Source: a virus. Taken from it: a stretch of 36,770 nt of DNA. The notes below the pieces were generated by a model. It did no database searches, was not told where the DNA came from, and saw nothing but the letters and a program-made list of their open reading frames with translations. A program made the translations under genes and the position numbers. This document shows, in pieces, positions 18,021 through 25,837 of the stretch (the first letter of the stretch is position 1; every line of letters starts with the position of its first letter). The stretch lies in the IMG/VR virus record IMGVR_UViG_3300009481_000003; one strand, 5' to 3'.

Positions 18021-18806
18021 TTAATCAGTTATTAACTGACATTTTTTCAGTGCTAAACGTCGTTTTCTATGGTTGTGTTCTTGAGCGGCGACTTTTGCGT
18101 GATCTGCTTGGCATCTATCCGGCTCGGATATAGATTCATTTTTCGCTTTTGATGGTGATAGCTCCGGCGGATTATGTCCATAAGCGCTCATATCCCAATT
18201 TATTCTATTTCCAGGCACCTGTGTACCGTCGTCCATTGCAACTCGATCAATAAACCCTTCGTCAACTGCCGCTGATCCGATAAGATTAGTTTCTCGATCC
18301 ATCATCTGCCGCAACACCTCTACATCTTTACCTGTCTTTGCCGCATAGATATCAGCCATCGACCCATCAATCTGCTGTAACACGTCGCTTACTTTATCTA
18401 GTTCATTATGATCTCCGGCTGCAAATGTCCATGAGTTATGTATCATAAATAATCCGCCCGGACTGATCACAGAGTCATCCGCAGCCATCGCAAAATACGT
18501 AGCCGCACTCGCACACATGCCGTCGACATGACAAACAAAACGCGTCGAAGACTCCCGCATATGTTGCGCCACTGATTGAGCCGGGAACACATCACCTCCT
18601 GGCGAATCTATTCTCAAATGTATCTCTGGCGCGTTGATTTCGTTTATGGCTTTTATGATTGTTTTTGCTGATATCCCGCCAAAATAATCATCACTCACAA
18701 TTACATCATATATATAGATTTTGGCTATCTCGCTCTCTTCGTTTTTGACTGCGAAATAGCCTAGCTTATTGTTATTTGCTAATAGGTTAAATAATGGATT
18801 AATCAT
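18021..18806 (-). CDS. Prohead maturation protease (ClpP/S49-like)
   Basis: IHLRIDSPGGDVFPAQSV...GMCASAATYFAMAAD...LFMIHNSW carries the ClpP-type Ser/His motifs. ATG 18806 overlaps the portal stop (ATGATTAA); the track start 18851 is possible instead. Confidence 0.8.
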   Translation of the reverse strand: MINPLFNLLANNNKLGYFAVKNEESEIAKIYIYDVIVSDDYFGGISAKTIIKAINEINAPEIHLRIDSPGGDVFPAQSVAQHMRESSTRFVCHVDGMCASAATYFAMAADDSVISPGGLFMIHNSWTFAAGDHNELDKVSDVLQQIDGSMADIYAAKTGKDVEVLRQMMDRETNLIGSAAVDEGFIDRVAMDDGTQVPGNRINWDMSAYGHNPPELSPSKAKNESISEPDRCQADHAKVAAQEHNHRKRRLALKKCQLITD

Positions 18807-20046
18807 CGTTTTGTTTAGTGCCTTCATTGTCAAATGTCGGTAGTTTATCACCGCCCTCTATCGGCATCCTGTCCTCTAATCTTCTGATTTCGTTAACAGT
18901 TAACCAAGCAGGTTCACCCGCCCTGCCTGCAGCTATTCTGTAGGCCTCATGACGGCTCTTAATATCTCCGCGTTCAAGTCCTGCGGTATTAAACTTAAAA
19001 AAGTAATCTTGTTTTCTTGGATACAACTTCCTGTTCAATTCCTGCTCAAGCTTAACAAGCCAACGAGACAATGTATATTTAACAAACCCTATAGACATCT
19101 GTTCTATCCCAGTTCCATAACTCGTTGTTTTTTCTGTGCTACCGATCATCCATAGGGGCACGCCAAATATTCGGGCTATTTCTTCAGTTTGGTATTTGCG
19201 GGTGGATAAAAGTTGGGCATCTTCGGCATTTATTGATATCTGTTCAATATCCATGCCCCCCGTTAACACTGCGGGCTTGCTTGAGTTAAGCGGGCCTTGG
19301 TGATAACTGGCCCAAGTTTCTCTAAATACTTTTTGCTGCTCTGGACTTAAATCGCCAGGCGTTTTTAAGATAAAGTCTGCTCTCTGATTATTAGCAAAAA
19401 ACGCCGCGCTGTATTCGTCCGCCGCTTGCGCTATGCCGCTACTATTCCTCAGACAATAACGTAGCTGTGACATCCCCCTCAACCCGTCAAACCCTAAGCC
19501 AGGAACATGTATTATGTCGTCCTGATCTCTGGTGTATCTCCCGCCGCTTGATGCGTTATCCTTTTGTATTATATATAATATTCTGCCGTCTTTTTCTATG
19601 GGTTCCACCCATTTGCTTGGCAGCCATTCTATCGATTCTACTCCCGCGCCTCGCCTTTTGATTTCTGCAAAACCATCGCCATGCAAAAGCACTGAAGCCA
19701 TTAGAGACTCACGAAATACTGCAGCGCTATGATGCGGCGCGGGCTGTCTGTTGAGTAAGTTTGTTAAGTTGTTATTTTCTCTTTCGCGCCCTACAGACGT
19801 TGATCTGTATAGATGTAATGGTGTGCAAGCTATGGCCCCACCAATGAGCGACACGCAAGCATAAACTGCGCTTACTGCTAACGCTGTTTTTTCATTGACT
19901 GTCACACCCGCTGTATTAATGCCTGATGTCATCCACTCGTAAAGCTCTGAACCTTTCAAGCCCGCGCTACTAAAGTATTGCGTGTCATTGCTGAGCGTCA
20001 TTTTTTTACGCTCTTCCTTAGCCCACTTCATAAATCCATTACTCAT
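18799..20046 (-). CDS. Portal protein (HK97 family)
   Basis: 415 aa, ATGA overlap with the TerL stop, typical portal pattern and position. Confidence 0.85.
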   Translation of the reverse strand: MSNGFMKWAKEERKKMTLSNDTQYFSSAGLKGSELYEWMTSGINTAGVTVNEKTALAVSAVYACVSLIGGAIACTPLHLYRSTSVGRERENNNLTNLLNRQPAPHHSAAVFRESLMASVLLHGDGFAEIKRRGAGVESIEWLPSKWVEPIEKDGRILYIIQKDNASSGGRYTRDQDDIIHVPGLGFDGLRGMSQLRYCLRNSSGIAQAADEYSAAFFANNQRADFILKTPGDLSPEQQKVFRETWASYHQGPLNSSKPAVLTGGMDIEQISINAEDAQLLSTRKYQTEEIARIFGVPLWMIGSTEKTTSYGTGIEQMSIGFVKYTLSRWLVKLEQELNRKLYPRKQDYFFKFNTAGLERGDIKSRHEAYRIAAGRAGEPAWLTVNEIRRLEDRMPIEGGDKLPTFDNEGTKQNDD

Positions 20047-21743
20047 AATACAAACATCCCAGCGACAGGCTTATGTACCGCTTTCTTCGACGCGCCAACC
20101 GCCATAACCGACGCAACCATCCCATCAATCCGGCCCCACGATTTCGCTTTGTTAAATTTTCTACTGCCTGTTGGATCTGTTTCTATCACGATATTTGACG
20201 AGCACCAGCGCATTACAGGATTGTTATTGAACCTAATATTATTAGATAGTATCAGACGTTCAAGCTCTTCCACACTCGGAGACATATCCTTATAGCCTTG
20301 ACCATGCTCATGCATTTCTATTTCGAGACCTTCTTCATTGAGCAACGTTCGGAAATCATTTATTCGCCATCGATCATAGCTTAATAGCTTTAAATCTACT
20401 AAGCCAGATATCTCTGCTAACCTGCTTACTACAAACCGTTTATTAATTGCTCGGCCCGGTGTAGTCTCTAACCATCCCGCATCGCGCCAAGTTGTGTATG
20501 GCACCCTATCATTATCTGATTTCTGAACCAATCCATCGGCGGGCAACCAAAAATAGGGGTGTATCCTCCAATATTCATCTGCTTCTGTTGGCTCAAATAA
20601 CAATACTAACGATGTCAAATCGGTAGTACTTGATAGATCCAAGCCCGCGTAACATGTCCGCCCACGAAGCGCTTCTATCGTGCATTCATCATCCTGGATT
20701 CTGTCCCAATCTTCAGGGCCTATCCAACTAGCATCGCCTTCTGTCCATTGGCAAAAGTTTAAGCGCCGAACTATCGATTGCTTAGACGGCATTCCCGCCG
20801 CCTGATCGACTTGCTCCTGTAGATATTTATCCGATATTGTTACACCCAGTGATGGATTGGCTTTCGGCCAACAATCCTTATTTTTAAACGGTTCGTCGTT
20901 TTCGTCTAGGGCGCAAATGTATGAAAAAAAGGTATCATCTTTTGATTGCTGCTCAGCGGCTTGGATGCCGTATTGGTGATAATCCCAACAAGCACTTGTC
21001 CTGTCATGCCCGCTGTTTGTGATCATAAATATAAGGGCTTGCCGCCTGCCCTTAGTCCCAGCTCTCAACATCTCAATGATGCGGTTATCTCTATGCTCGT
21101 GGATCTCGTCGAGTAGAACTATATGCGGGCGCGGCCCTGATTGGCTATTATCTGAGCTTAGCGGCTTGAAAAATGACCCTGTTTCTTGATAAGCCAGATT
21201 CCAGCACCGCTCGCCTACTCCGCTCTTGACAAGACGCTTAGACAAATGCGGGGATTGATCTACCATCGCCACCGCATCCCTAAAAAGGATCATAGCCTGG
21301 TCTTTCTTTCTCGCCGCTGCATAGATTTCTGCTCGCGGCTCATCGTCTGCAACCATGCCGTACAAGCCAATCCCTGCAGCTAGTGGCGATTTGCCTGAGC
21401 CTTTGCCGGTCTCGACATATGCCACGCGGAAGCGGCGCAATCCTTTTTTATCAACCCAGCCGAACAGCGAGCCAACTATAAAGCGTTGCCAGGGCAAGAG
21501 GTTATAGGGTGCGCCCTCAAACTCTCCCCCATTCAAACAAAGGACATCCCCAAAAAATCCGATAGCCCTTGATGCTTTTTCTAAATCGTAAAAAAAGCCC
21601 CGTGAAGGCGCTGTTTTTAAATCGTTTATATGGCGTTTACACGCATACCTGACATGCGGCCCCGCGACTATCTCGCCGCTTGTAACTCGCTTTGCGTAGT
21701 CGGTTGCATCATCAAAAATACTTTGCGGCGCTGTCGCTGTCAT
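20043..21743 (-). CDS. terL: Terminase large subunit
   Basis: 566 aa. Walker A-like ETGKGSGKS, DEIH Walker B-like motif, C-terminal nuclease region. Confidence 0.9.
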   Translation of the reverse strand: MTATAPQSIFDDATDYAKRVTSGEIVAGPHVRYACKRHINDLKTAPSRGFFYDLEKASRAIGFFGDVLCLNGGEFEGAPYNLLPWQRFIVGSLFGWVDKKGLRRFRVAYVETGKGSGKSPLAAGIGLYGMVADDEPRAEIYAAARKKDQAMILFRDAVAMVDQSPHLSKRLVKSGVGERCWNLAYQETGSFFKPLSSDNSQSGPRPHIVLLDEIHEHRDNRIIEMLRAGTKGRRQALIFMITNSGHDRTSACWDYHQYGIQAAEQQSKDDTFFSYICALDENDEPFKNKDCWPKANPSLGVTISDKYLQEQVDQAAGMPSKQSIVRRLNFCQWTEGDASWIGPEDWDRIQDDECTIEALRGRTCYAGLDLSSTTDLTSLVLLFEPTEADEYWRIHPYFWLPADGLVQKSDNDRVPYTTWRDAGWLETTPGRAINKRFVVSRLAEISGLVDLKLLSYDRWRINDFRTLLNEEGLEIEMHEHGQGYKDMSPSVEELERLILSNNIRFNNNPVMRWCSSNIVIETDPTGSRKFNKAKSWGRIDGMVASVMAVGASKKAVHKPVAGMFVL

Positions 21744-22200
21744 CGTCTTTCTTTTTCTGATTGGGCGATGGGTTTATACGTGTTCGACTCGACGGCGATA
21801 AGCCAAACTCACCAACAAATGCTTTCATTTGCTCTACTGCTTTTTTTGATATCTGCAGCCAGACGCTAATCTGTTGATAGCCTGATTGTGTATAGATAAT
21901 TAGCCCGCCTTCTTCGCCCAGCTCTTTTATTTTATTTTCGGCTTCAACCCAACGACCGTATGCTTGGCAATAAACCGCCAAGGCTGCGCGGTCTAGCTGA
22001 GAGATCAATCCGTACTTTTCCAAGTGTACGATAATTCGTTTCCATTCTGCTTTAGCTGGCTTTGATAAATGGTTAGGGCAGCTTGGCTTTTCAACATCGA
22101 CCGTTAACTCTTTGTCTAATATATGGTCAGGTATCTTGCTTGGATTGCCTCGTAACCTATGCACCGTTGCTGGGGCAGGCTTTGGTCCTCGTTGTCCCAT
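21712..22200 (-). CDS. terS: Terminase small subunit (P27 family)
   Basis: MGQRGPKPAPATVHRLRGNPSK... is the characteristic P27-family N-terminus. It lies immediately upstream of terL. Confidence 0.75.
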   Translation of the reverse strand: MGQRGPKPAPATVHRLRGNPSKIPDHILDKELTVDVEKPSCPNHLSKPAKAEWKRIIVHLEKYGLISQLDRAALAVYCQAYGRWVEAENKIKELGEEGGLIIYTQSGYQQISVWLQISKKAVEQMKAFVGEFGLSPSSRTRINPSPNQKKKDDDSDSAAKYF

Positions 22201-22247
22201 GTTTTTTTCTCCTATTTTATTGCTTATAACTCAAATAAACGATCAAT

Positions 22248-22270
22248 TGTCGCAACTGTCGCAACTGTCA
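22248..22270. repeat. Tandem 9-bp repeat TGTCGCAAC x2.5
   Basis: TGTCGCAACTGTCGCAACTGTCA, 48 bp upstream of the terS ATG. Confidence 0.85.
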
Positions 22271-22306
22271 TTTGAGCGCCTGTTATTTATTGATTGCTGT
22301 TTTATT

Positions 22307-22348
22307 CCCTATAGCTCAAAACTCACGCCGATGAAAATATCTATAGGG
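22307..22348. repeat. 8-bp inverted repeat CCCTATAG ... CTATAGGG (26-nt spacer)
   Basis: Read directly from the sequence in the non-coding region upstream of terS. Confidence 0.7.
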
Positions 22349-22411
22349 GATCGGTCTAGAAGGCATAGTAGCTAAACAATCATAGCCCCCCTGTCTTATC
22401 AATAATTCCAT

Positions 22412-22464
22412 TTAAATCCCAGATGCCTTGGGATTTAATATGGGATTTAATATGGGATTTAATG
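22412..22464. repeat. Protein-binding-site-like array: one inverted plus three direct copies of TGGGATTTAA(TA)
   Basis: TTAAATCCCA-N7-TGGGATTTAA is a perfect 10-bp palindrome, then the 12-bp unit TGGGATTTAATA repeats at 22429, 22441 and 22453. Confidence 0.85.
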
Positions 22465-22521
22465 GGTTTTATCGTCAGCATATAAAAAAGGAAAAATGCC
22501 TTTCAAATCAATACTGAGCAT

Positions 22522-22554
22522 AGGGTGCACTAAAAAATGCACCCTGTGCACCCT
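22522..22554. repeat. Hairpin with duplicated 3' arm: AGGGTGCA(C)-loop-TGCACCCT-GTGCACCCT
   Basis: 8-9 bp perfect complementarity to either of two tandem right arms. Confidence 0.75.
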
Positions 22555-22645
22555 CTTTACACCACCCTATCTGAGGGCGAGATAATATACCGCATACCGT
22601 TACCCAAGACGGCTGAATTTGCTCAACAACAAATAAAGGTAAATT

Positions 22646-22849
22646 ATGGACGCTCAAAAACCAGATTACACGTATTCGACTATCAAACAATTTTGTAAAC
22701 TCTACCCTGCTTTTTCCGTCGGCGGCATTCGCCACAATATCTTTCAGGCAGATAAGAATGGCTTAAAAGAATCTAAAGCAATAGTTCGTAATGGTCGGCG
22801 AGTACTCATCCACGCACAAAGGTTTTTTGACTGGGTGGAATCACGCTAA
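22646..22849 (+). CDS. Small DNA-binding protein (Xis/AlpA/HTH_17-like), opposite strand to the late operon
   Basis: 67 aa with SD-like AAAGG 7 nt upstream of the ATG. YSTIKQFCKLYPAFSVGGIRHNIF...NGRRVLIHAQRFFDWVES fits the excisionase-type winged-helix pattern (inference). Confidence 0.45.
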   Translation: MDAQKPDYTYSTIKQFCKLYPAFSVGGIRHNIFQADKNGLKESKAIVRNGRRVLIHAQRFFDWVESR

Positions 22850-22862
22850 AGTATAGAGCCGA

Positions 22863-23102
22863 TCAAACCGAATCCGCTCTGGGTGCGCGATTCCACGCTT
22901 GAATCGCAGCTTGTTTTGTAGCCTCGCTTTCGATGTCGTATTTAACCGTCCTGAATTCGACATTCCAGGCGTCGCAGCAATCACCCGTTGCAATAGCATA
23001 TTTATTGCTTGGCCCGCTCTGAGTTATATGCATTTCTTCAGGGACGCAACCACAAGGACATTTTAATATTTTGATGCCGTTTGGTTTGATAATAACTGTC
23101 AT
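22863..23102 (-). CDS. Lar-family-like restriction alleviation protein (Cys-rich)
   Basis: ILKCPCGC...TGDCCDAW...ATKQAAIQAWNRAP fits the Lar pattern (CxxC ... C ... A..WNrR). ATG 23102 forms an ATGA overlap with the HNH stop. Confidence 0.5.
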   Translation of the reverse strand: MTVIIKPNGIKILKCPCGCVPEEMHITQSGPSNKYAIATGDCCDAWNVEFRTVKYDIESEATKQAAIQAWNRAPRADSV

Positions 23103-23419
23103 TGGTTCCAAGGATGCAAAGGATCGACAGGCGCTCCGCTGGCATCACAGCCAGCTTGCCTGCCTGTTTTTTCTAAACGCTGTTTATGTGACGAATGGCA
23201 ATGGTCACAAAGTGCCTGCCAATTTGACCTGTCCCAAAATAGTTTTTTATCGTCGCGATGTGGTGTGATGTGATCGACTACATGAGCGGCTTCTACACGC
23301 CCCAACTTTTGGCACATCACACATAAAGGGTGCTCTTTTAGATATCTCGCCCGCGCCTGTTGCCATTGATACGAGTACCCACGACCTGCCGATGTTTTTT
23401 TGATTTTTTTATATTCCAT
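23099..23419 (-). CDS. HNH endonuclease (terminase-associated type)
   Basis: HPLCVMCQKLGRVEAAHVVDHITPHRDD...NWQALCDHCHSSHK. Likely start is ATG 23419 (MEYKKIKK); the track start 23440 is a TTG lying inside the terminator. Confidence 0.85.
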   Translation of the reverse strand: MEYKKIKKTSAGRGYSYQWQQARARYLKEHPLCVMCQKLGRVEAAHVVDHITPHRDDKKLFWDRSNWQALCDHCHSSHKQRLEKTGRQAGCDASGAPVDPLHPWNQ

Positions 23420-23423
23420 GCAT

Positions 23424-23463
23424 AAAAAAACCCAGGACAATATTTCTATTGTTCCAGGTTTAG
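23424..23463 (-). terminator. Intrinsic terminator downstream of the late promoter (tR'-like)
   Basis: Minus-strand RNA AACCUGGAACAAUA-GAAA-UAUUGUCCUGGGUU followed by UUUUU: a long interrupted stem, a GAAA loop and a U-tract, 5 nt before the HNH ATG. Confidence 0.6.
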
Positions 23464-23552
23464 TAACAGGATAACAACACTCTTGATTGCTTTACATTAT
23501 ATTGTGCCTAGTTTAGCAACAAGATAAAACCATGCTTGAATACTTTACATTA
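23447..23552. repeat. Tandem 53-bp duplication (2 gap-free copies, about three quarters identical) spanning the late promoter region
   Basis: Copy B 23447..23499 and copy A 23500..23552, aligned by eye without gaps. Both end (minus strand: begin) with TAATGTAAAG. Confidence 0.8.
23496..23522 (-). promoter_or_regulatory. Candidate late promoter (PR'-like)
   Basis: Perfect TATAAT (23496..23501, minus strand) about 55 nt downstream of the Q stop. The best -35 is TTGTTG at a suboptimal 15-nt spacing. The predicted transcript up to the terminator is about 65 nt. Confidence 0.4.
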
Positions 23553-23557
23553 AATGG

Positions 23558-23977
23558 TTAACCCATGTCAAGCCTATCGTGGTATTTCTTAATGCACTCA
23601 CTATATACAGCACCCTGTATATGCGCAACAACGTCACGTATATAGCCACGACTGACGCTATTTTTTTCTGCCAGATCTCGCTCCGTCATCTTAAAAACAT
23701 AAATCGAGACAGCGATATGCTTGTATTCTGCGAGCAATGCTACAATGACGCTATCAACATGCTCTGCTATGTCGCTGTCTGGATCTCCAGCACCACCTTC
23801 CGATCCATTATGTATAATGCTCTGAGCAAATGCAGCGTGCCGAGGATAGCCTAGCGATGCCAGGCCATGCCCCAATCGTGCCCATCTACCCCACCTAGAT
23901 AGACACCATTCAGAATATAATCTGACCCTTGCTCTATCGTCGATTATAACGATAGTCTTTTTTTTTTGCTTATCCAT
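23558..23977 (-). CDS. Late antiterminator Q (phage 21/82 type, Phage_antitermQ family)
   Basis: LSRWGRWARLGHGLASLGYP...DPDSDIAEHVDSVIVALL...YVFKMTERDLAEKNSVSRGYIRDVVAHIQGAVY parallels the phage 21 Q layout (RWGAWA ... DDDA ... YYV.GMT...LA ... GYI ... G). Confidence 0.7.
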   Translation of the reverse strand: MDKQKKKTIVIIDDRARVRLYSEWCLSRWGRWARLGHGLASLGYPRHAAFAQSIIHNGSEGGAGDPDSDIAEHVDSVIVALLAEYKHIAVSIYVFKMTERDLAEKNSVSRGYIRDVVAHIQGAVYSECIKKYHDRLDMG

Positions 23978-23978
23978 A

Positions 23979-24083
23979 TCAGTGGCCCAACGCGCCGGAT
24001 ATTATCAAGTATCGATACCAAACCGATATACCATAAAGCAAAAATAATAATACAAATATAATAAGTACTAGGTTTTTAAACAT
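23979..24083 (-). CDS. Small single-TM peptide (34 aa), not in the ORF track
   Basis: MFKNLVLIIFVLLFLLYGISVWYRYLIISGALGH. AGGA 10 nt upstream. Its TGA stop ends 1 nt before the Q ATG. Confidence 0.35.
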   Translation of the reverse strand: MFKNLVLIIFVLLFLLYGISVWYRYLIISGALGH

Positions 24084-24098
24084 ATTATATATCCTATT

Positions 24099-24200
24099 TT
24101 AGCGCCTCATAACAATTTCCAGAAACATAGATACAATCTTTATAAAAAGAATGGCTGAATATAACAACGTTAGCCAATATATAATTTCTATATAATCCAT
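24099..24200 (-). CDS. Small single-TM peptide (33 aa), not in the ORF track
   Basis: MDYIEIIYWLTLLYSAILFIKIVSMFLEIVMRR. The ATG lies 6 nt after the endolysin stop, with no clear SD. Confidence 0.3.
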   Translation of the reverse strand: MDYIEIIYWLTLLYSAILFIKIVSMFLEIVMRR

Positions 24201-24206
24201 ATTTTT

Positions 24207-24581
24207 TTAATTTTTACCCCATCTTGCACGATGATATCTAACGTCAAAATGCGTAAAAGTTTTGTATCTACCAAGGCCGCAAGTATTGGGCCACATATCA
24301 TTAATAATATCTGCAACATCCTTAGGCTCGCATATTTTTGATTTTATGTCTGCTGCCAAACCTACTAGATGTTTGCTTGATTCTTCACCACCTACGTTTT
24401 TGTTATGTTTTTTACACCTATAGCCACTCGTTATTTGTATTGCTCCCCCTGTTTTTTCGCGTATTATTTCTAAGCGCTGAATCAATAACCAAGAAATAGA
24501 ATGAGTTGAACACTGCCCGCAGTGACATTTAAACTCATCACTATGGAAGTGATCTGATAATTGGCCGGTTATTCGCTCCAT
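24207..24581 (-). CDS. Endolysin, peptidase M15A (zinc D-Ala-D-Ala carboxypeptidase-like, Peptidase_M15_3)
   Basis: FHSDEFKCHCGQC...SGYRCKKHNKNVGGEESSKHLVGLAADI...FTHFDV carries the M15 H..D..H metal-site motifs. Confidence 0.75.
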   Translation of the reverse strand: MERITGQLSDHFHSDEFKCHCGQCSTHSISWLLIQRLEIIREKTGGAIQITSGYRCKKHNKNVGGEESSKHLVGLAADIKSKICEPKDVADIINDMWPNTCGLGRYKTFTHFDVRYHRARWGKN

Positions 24582-24598
24582 ATTTATCTCTGTTTGTT

Positions 24599-24928
24599 TT
24601 AAATCGATAAAGAAAATAGGTGTCTTAAATACGAGAGTGTCATCGGTTCATTACCTGTATTTCCTGGCGCTTTGTACATACTCGCATTTGGGTGCATTAT
24701 TGCTACCCCCGTTTTTATTGCTTCGCTGATTCTATCAAGTTTATTTTCCTTTAATTCGAGTTTATTTAATATTCCTTGTAGCTCGTTTTCTGTAATATTG
24801 CTTTCGCGATTGGCTCCTGCTTCGTCAATTTCATTTCTTTGCTCTTCAATTTCAAATCGTAATGCCAGTATCTCTTTAATTAATTCTTTTTTTGTTTTTT
24901 TTAAAAGCATTGCGCGATTTTCATTCAT
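24599..24928 (-). CDS. Hypothetical coiled-coil protein
   Basis: 109 aa with a charged heptad-like N-terminal two thirds. I recognise no family. Confidence 0.5.
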   Translation of the reverse strand: MNENRAMLLKKTKKELIKEILALRFEIEEQRNEIDEAGANRESNITENELQGILNKLELKENKLDRISEAIKTGVAIMHPNASMYKAPGNTGNEPMTLSYLRHLFSLSI

Positions 24929-25013
24929 TTGTTAATGCCCTTTGTTGGTAAATATATAATTTAGCCCGCTGTATCGTAATATGTAGTTTTATCTGTGTCG
25001 TCGAGAGCAATTG

Positions 25014-25421
25014 TCATGTCTCTAAATCTCCATAACTATAACAAGTATATTTCCATCCATCCCCTTTGACTGACTCAACAAGCCAGAATTCGAACTGTGG
25101 GAACGCCTGAGCGGCGATTTTAAGCTTTGCCATACCTGTGCTTAGCCTCATGCCTTTTACCTCGTGAAAAGCCATTACATTTCGTTTAACAACAAAATAA
25201 TCTGGTGTGTAGGTCGTCCTGTTGGCCAATTTGAGCCTAATCTGCTCAAAACCATAGCTTATGATCTCACCGTTGCGCTGTAATCCCGCTAAATATCCAG
25301 CATATCTGGCCTCGGTTTTATTCATACCCATATTATCTTTAATAATTCTGGGTCTCGTCTTCTTCGAATTAACCGCTTTTATATTATTTAATAATATTGA
25401 TTGATTCATTATTCGTTTCAT
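25014..25421 (-). CDS. DUF1064 / PD-(D/E)XK nuclease-like protein
   Basis: KTEARYAGYLAGLQRNGEIISYGFEQIRLKL...YTPDYFVV...FHEVKG...AKLKIAAQAFP fits the DUF1064 pattern with D...EVK catalytic-type residues. Confidence 0.6.
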   Translation of the reverse strand: MKRIMNQSILLNNIKAVNSKKTRPRIIKDNMGMNKTEARYAGYLAGLQRNGEIISYGFEQIRLKLANRTTYTPDYFVVKRNVMAFHEVKGMRLSTGMAKLKIAAQAFPQFEFWLVESVKGDGWKYTCYSYGDLET

Positions 25422-25423
25422 GC

Positions 25424-25834
25424 TTAATATTTTACTAGTAACCCTTTCACCGCTTCCCTCATTTTTTTAATATTTTCAGCCGCTATTTTTGCATCAGCTA
25501 TATTCCTCGCTATGCGCGGCTGAGAAAGATTCTCTTTTATTTTTCTTTCCTTTTTCGCCTCTTCAATACCGCTTAATATTTTAAATATATTCGGCATATT
25601 TTGTGGACTTAATGAGCAAGCATATTCATACCCTGCGACAATATCTGCCATATCGCAATGTTTGATTTTCGTATATAACCTGCGCTTAAATAGCCGCACC
25701 TCCTCGTCTGTCGGATAAGCGAAATGAAATTCTTTGGGATAATCCACGCGCAACGCTTTGACTAGCCCAGTTACTTGGATTGCAGTTGAATCATCCAGGT
25801 TTTTTGTGGGGACAGTTTTTAATTCTTCACTCAT
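25424..25834 (-). CDS. Replication protein, lambda P N-terminal-domain-like (possible helicase loader)
   Basis: VTGLVKALRVDYPKEF...EEVRLFKRRLYTKI...ADIVAGYEYACSLSPQNMPNIFKILSGI parallels the lambda P N-terminal region (IINGVFSQLLATFP...EIRRQW...QVNAGMRVA...FLPSPGQFVAWC). It follows the O-like gene. At 136 aa it is shorter than lambda P. Confidence 0.4.
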   Translation of the reverse strand: MSEELKTVPTKNLDDSTAIQVTGLVKALRVDYPKEFHFAYPTDEEVRLFKRRLYTKIKHCDMADIVAGYEYACSLSPQNMPNIFKILSGIEEAKKERKIKENLSQPRIARNIADAKIAAENIKKMREAVKGLLVKY

Positions 25835-25837
25835 TTT

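Noticed and set aside
22112-22375. 87-aa plus-strand ORF overlapping the terS start and the repeats
   Set aside because: It is antisense to terS at its 5' end and otherwise covers the tandem repeats. It has no initiation signals.
22508-22735. 75-aa minus-strand ORF in the region upstream of terS
   Set aside because: It has no SD, spans the hairpin and repeat cluster, and overlaps the better-supported plus-strand HTH ORF. Its sequence has no recognisable features.
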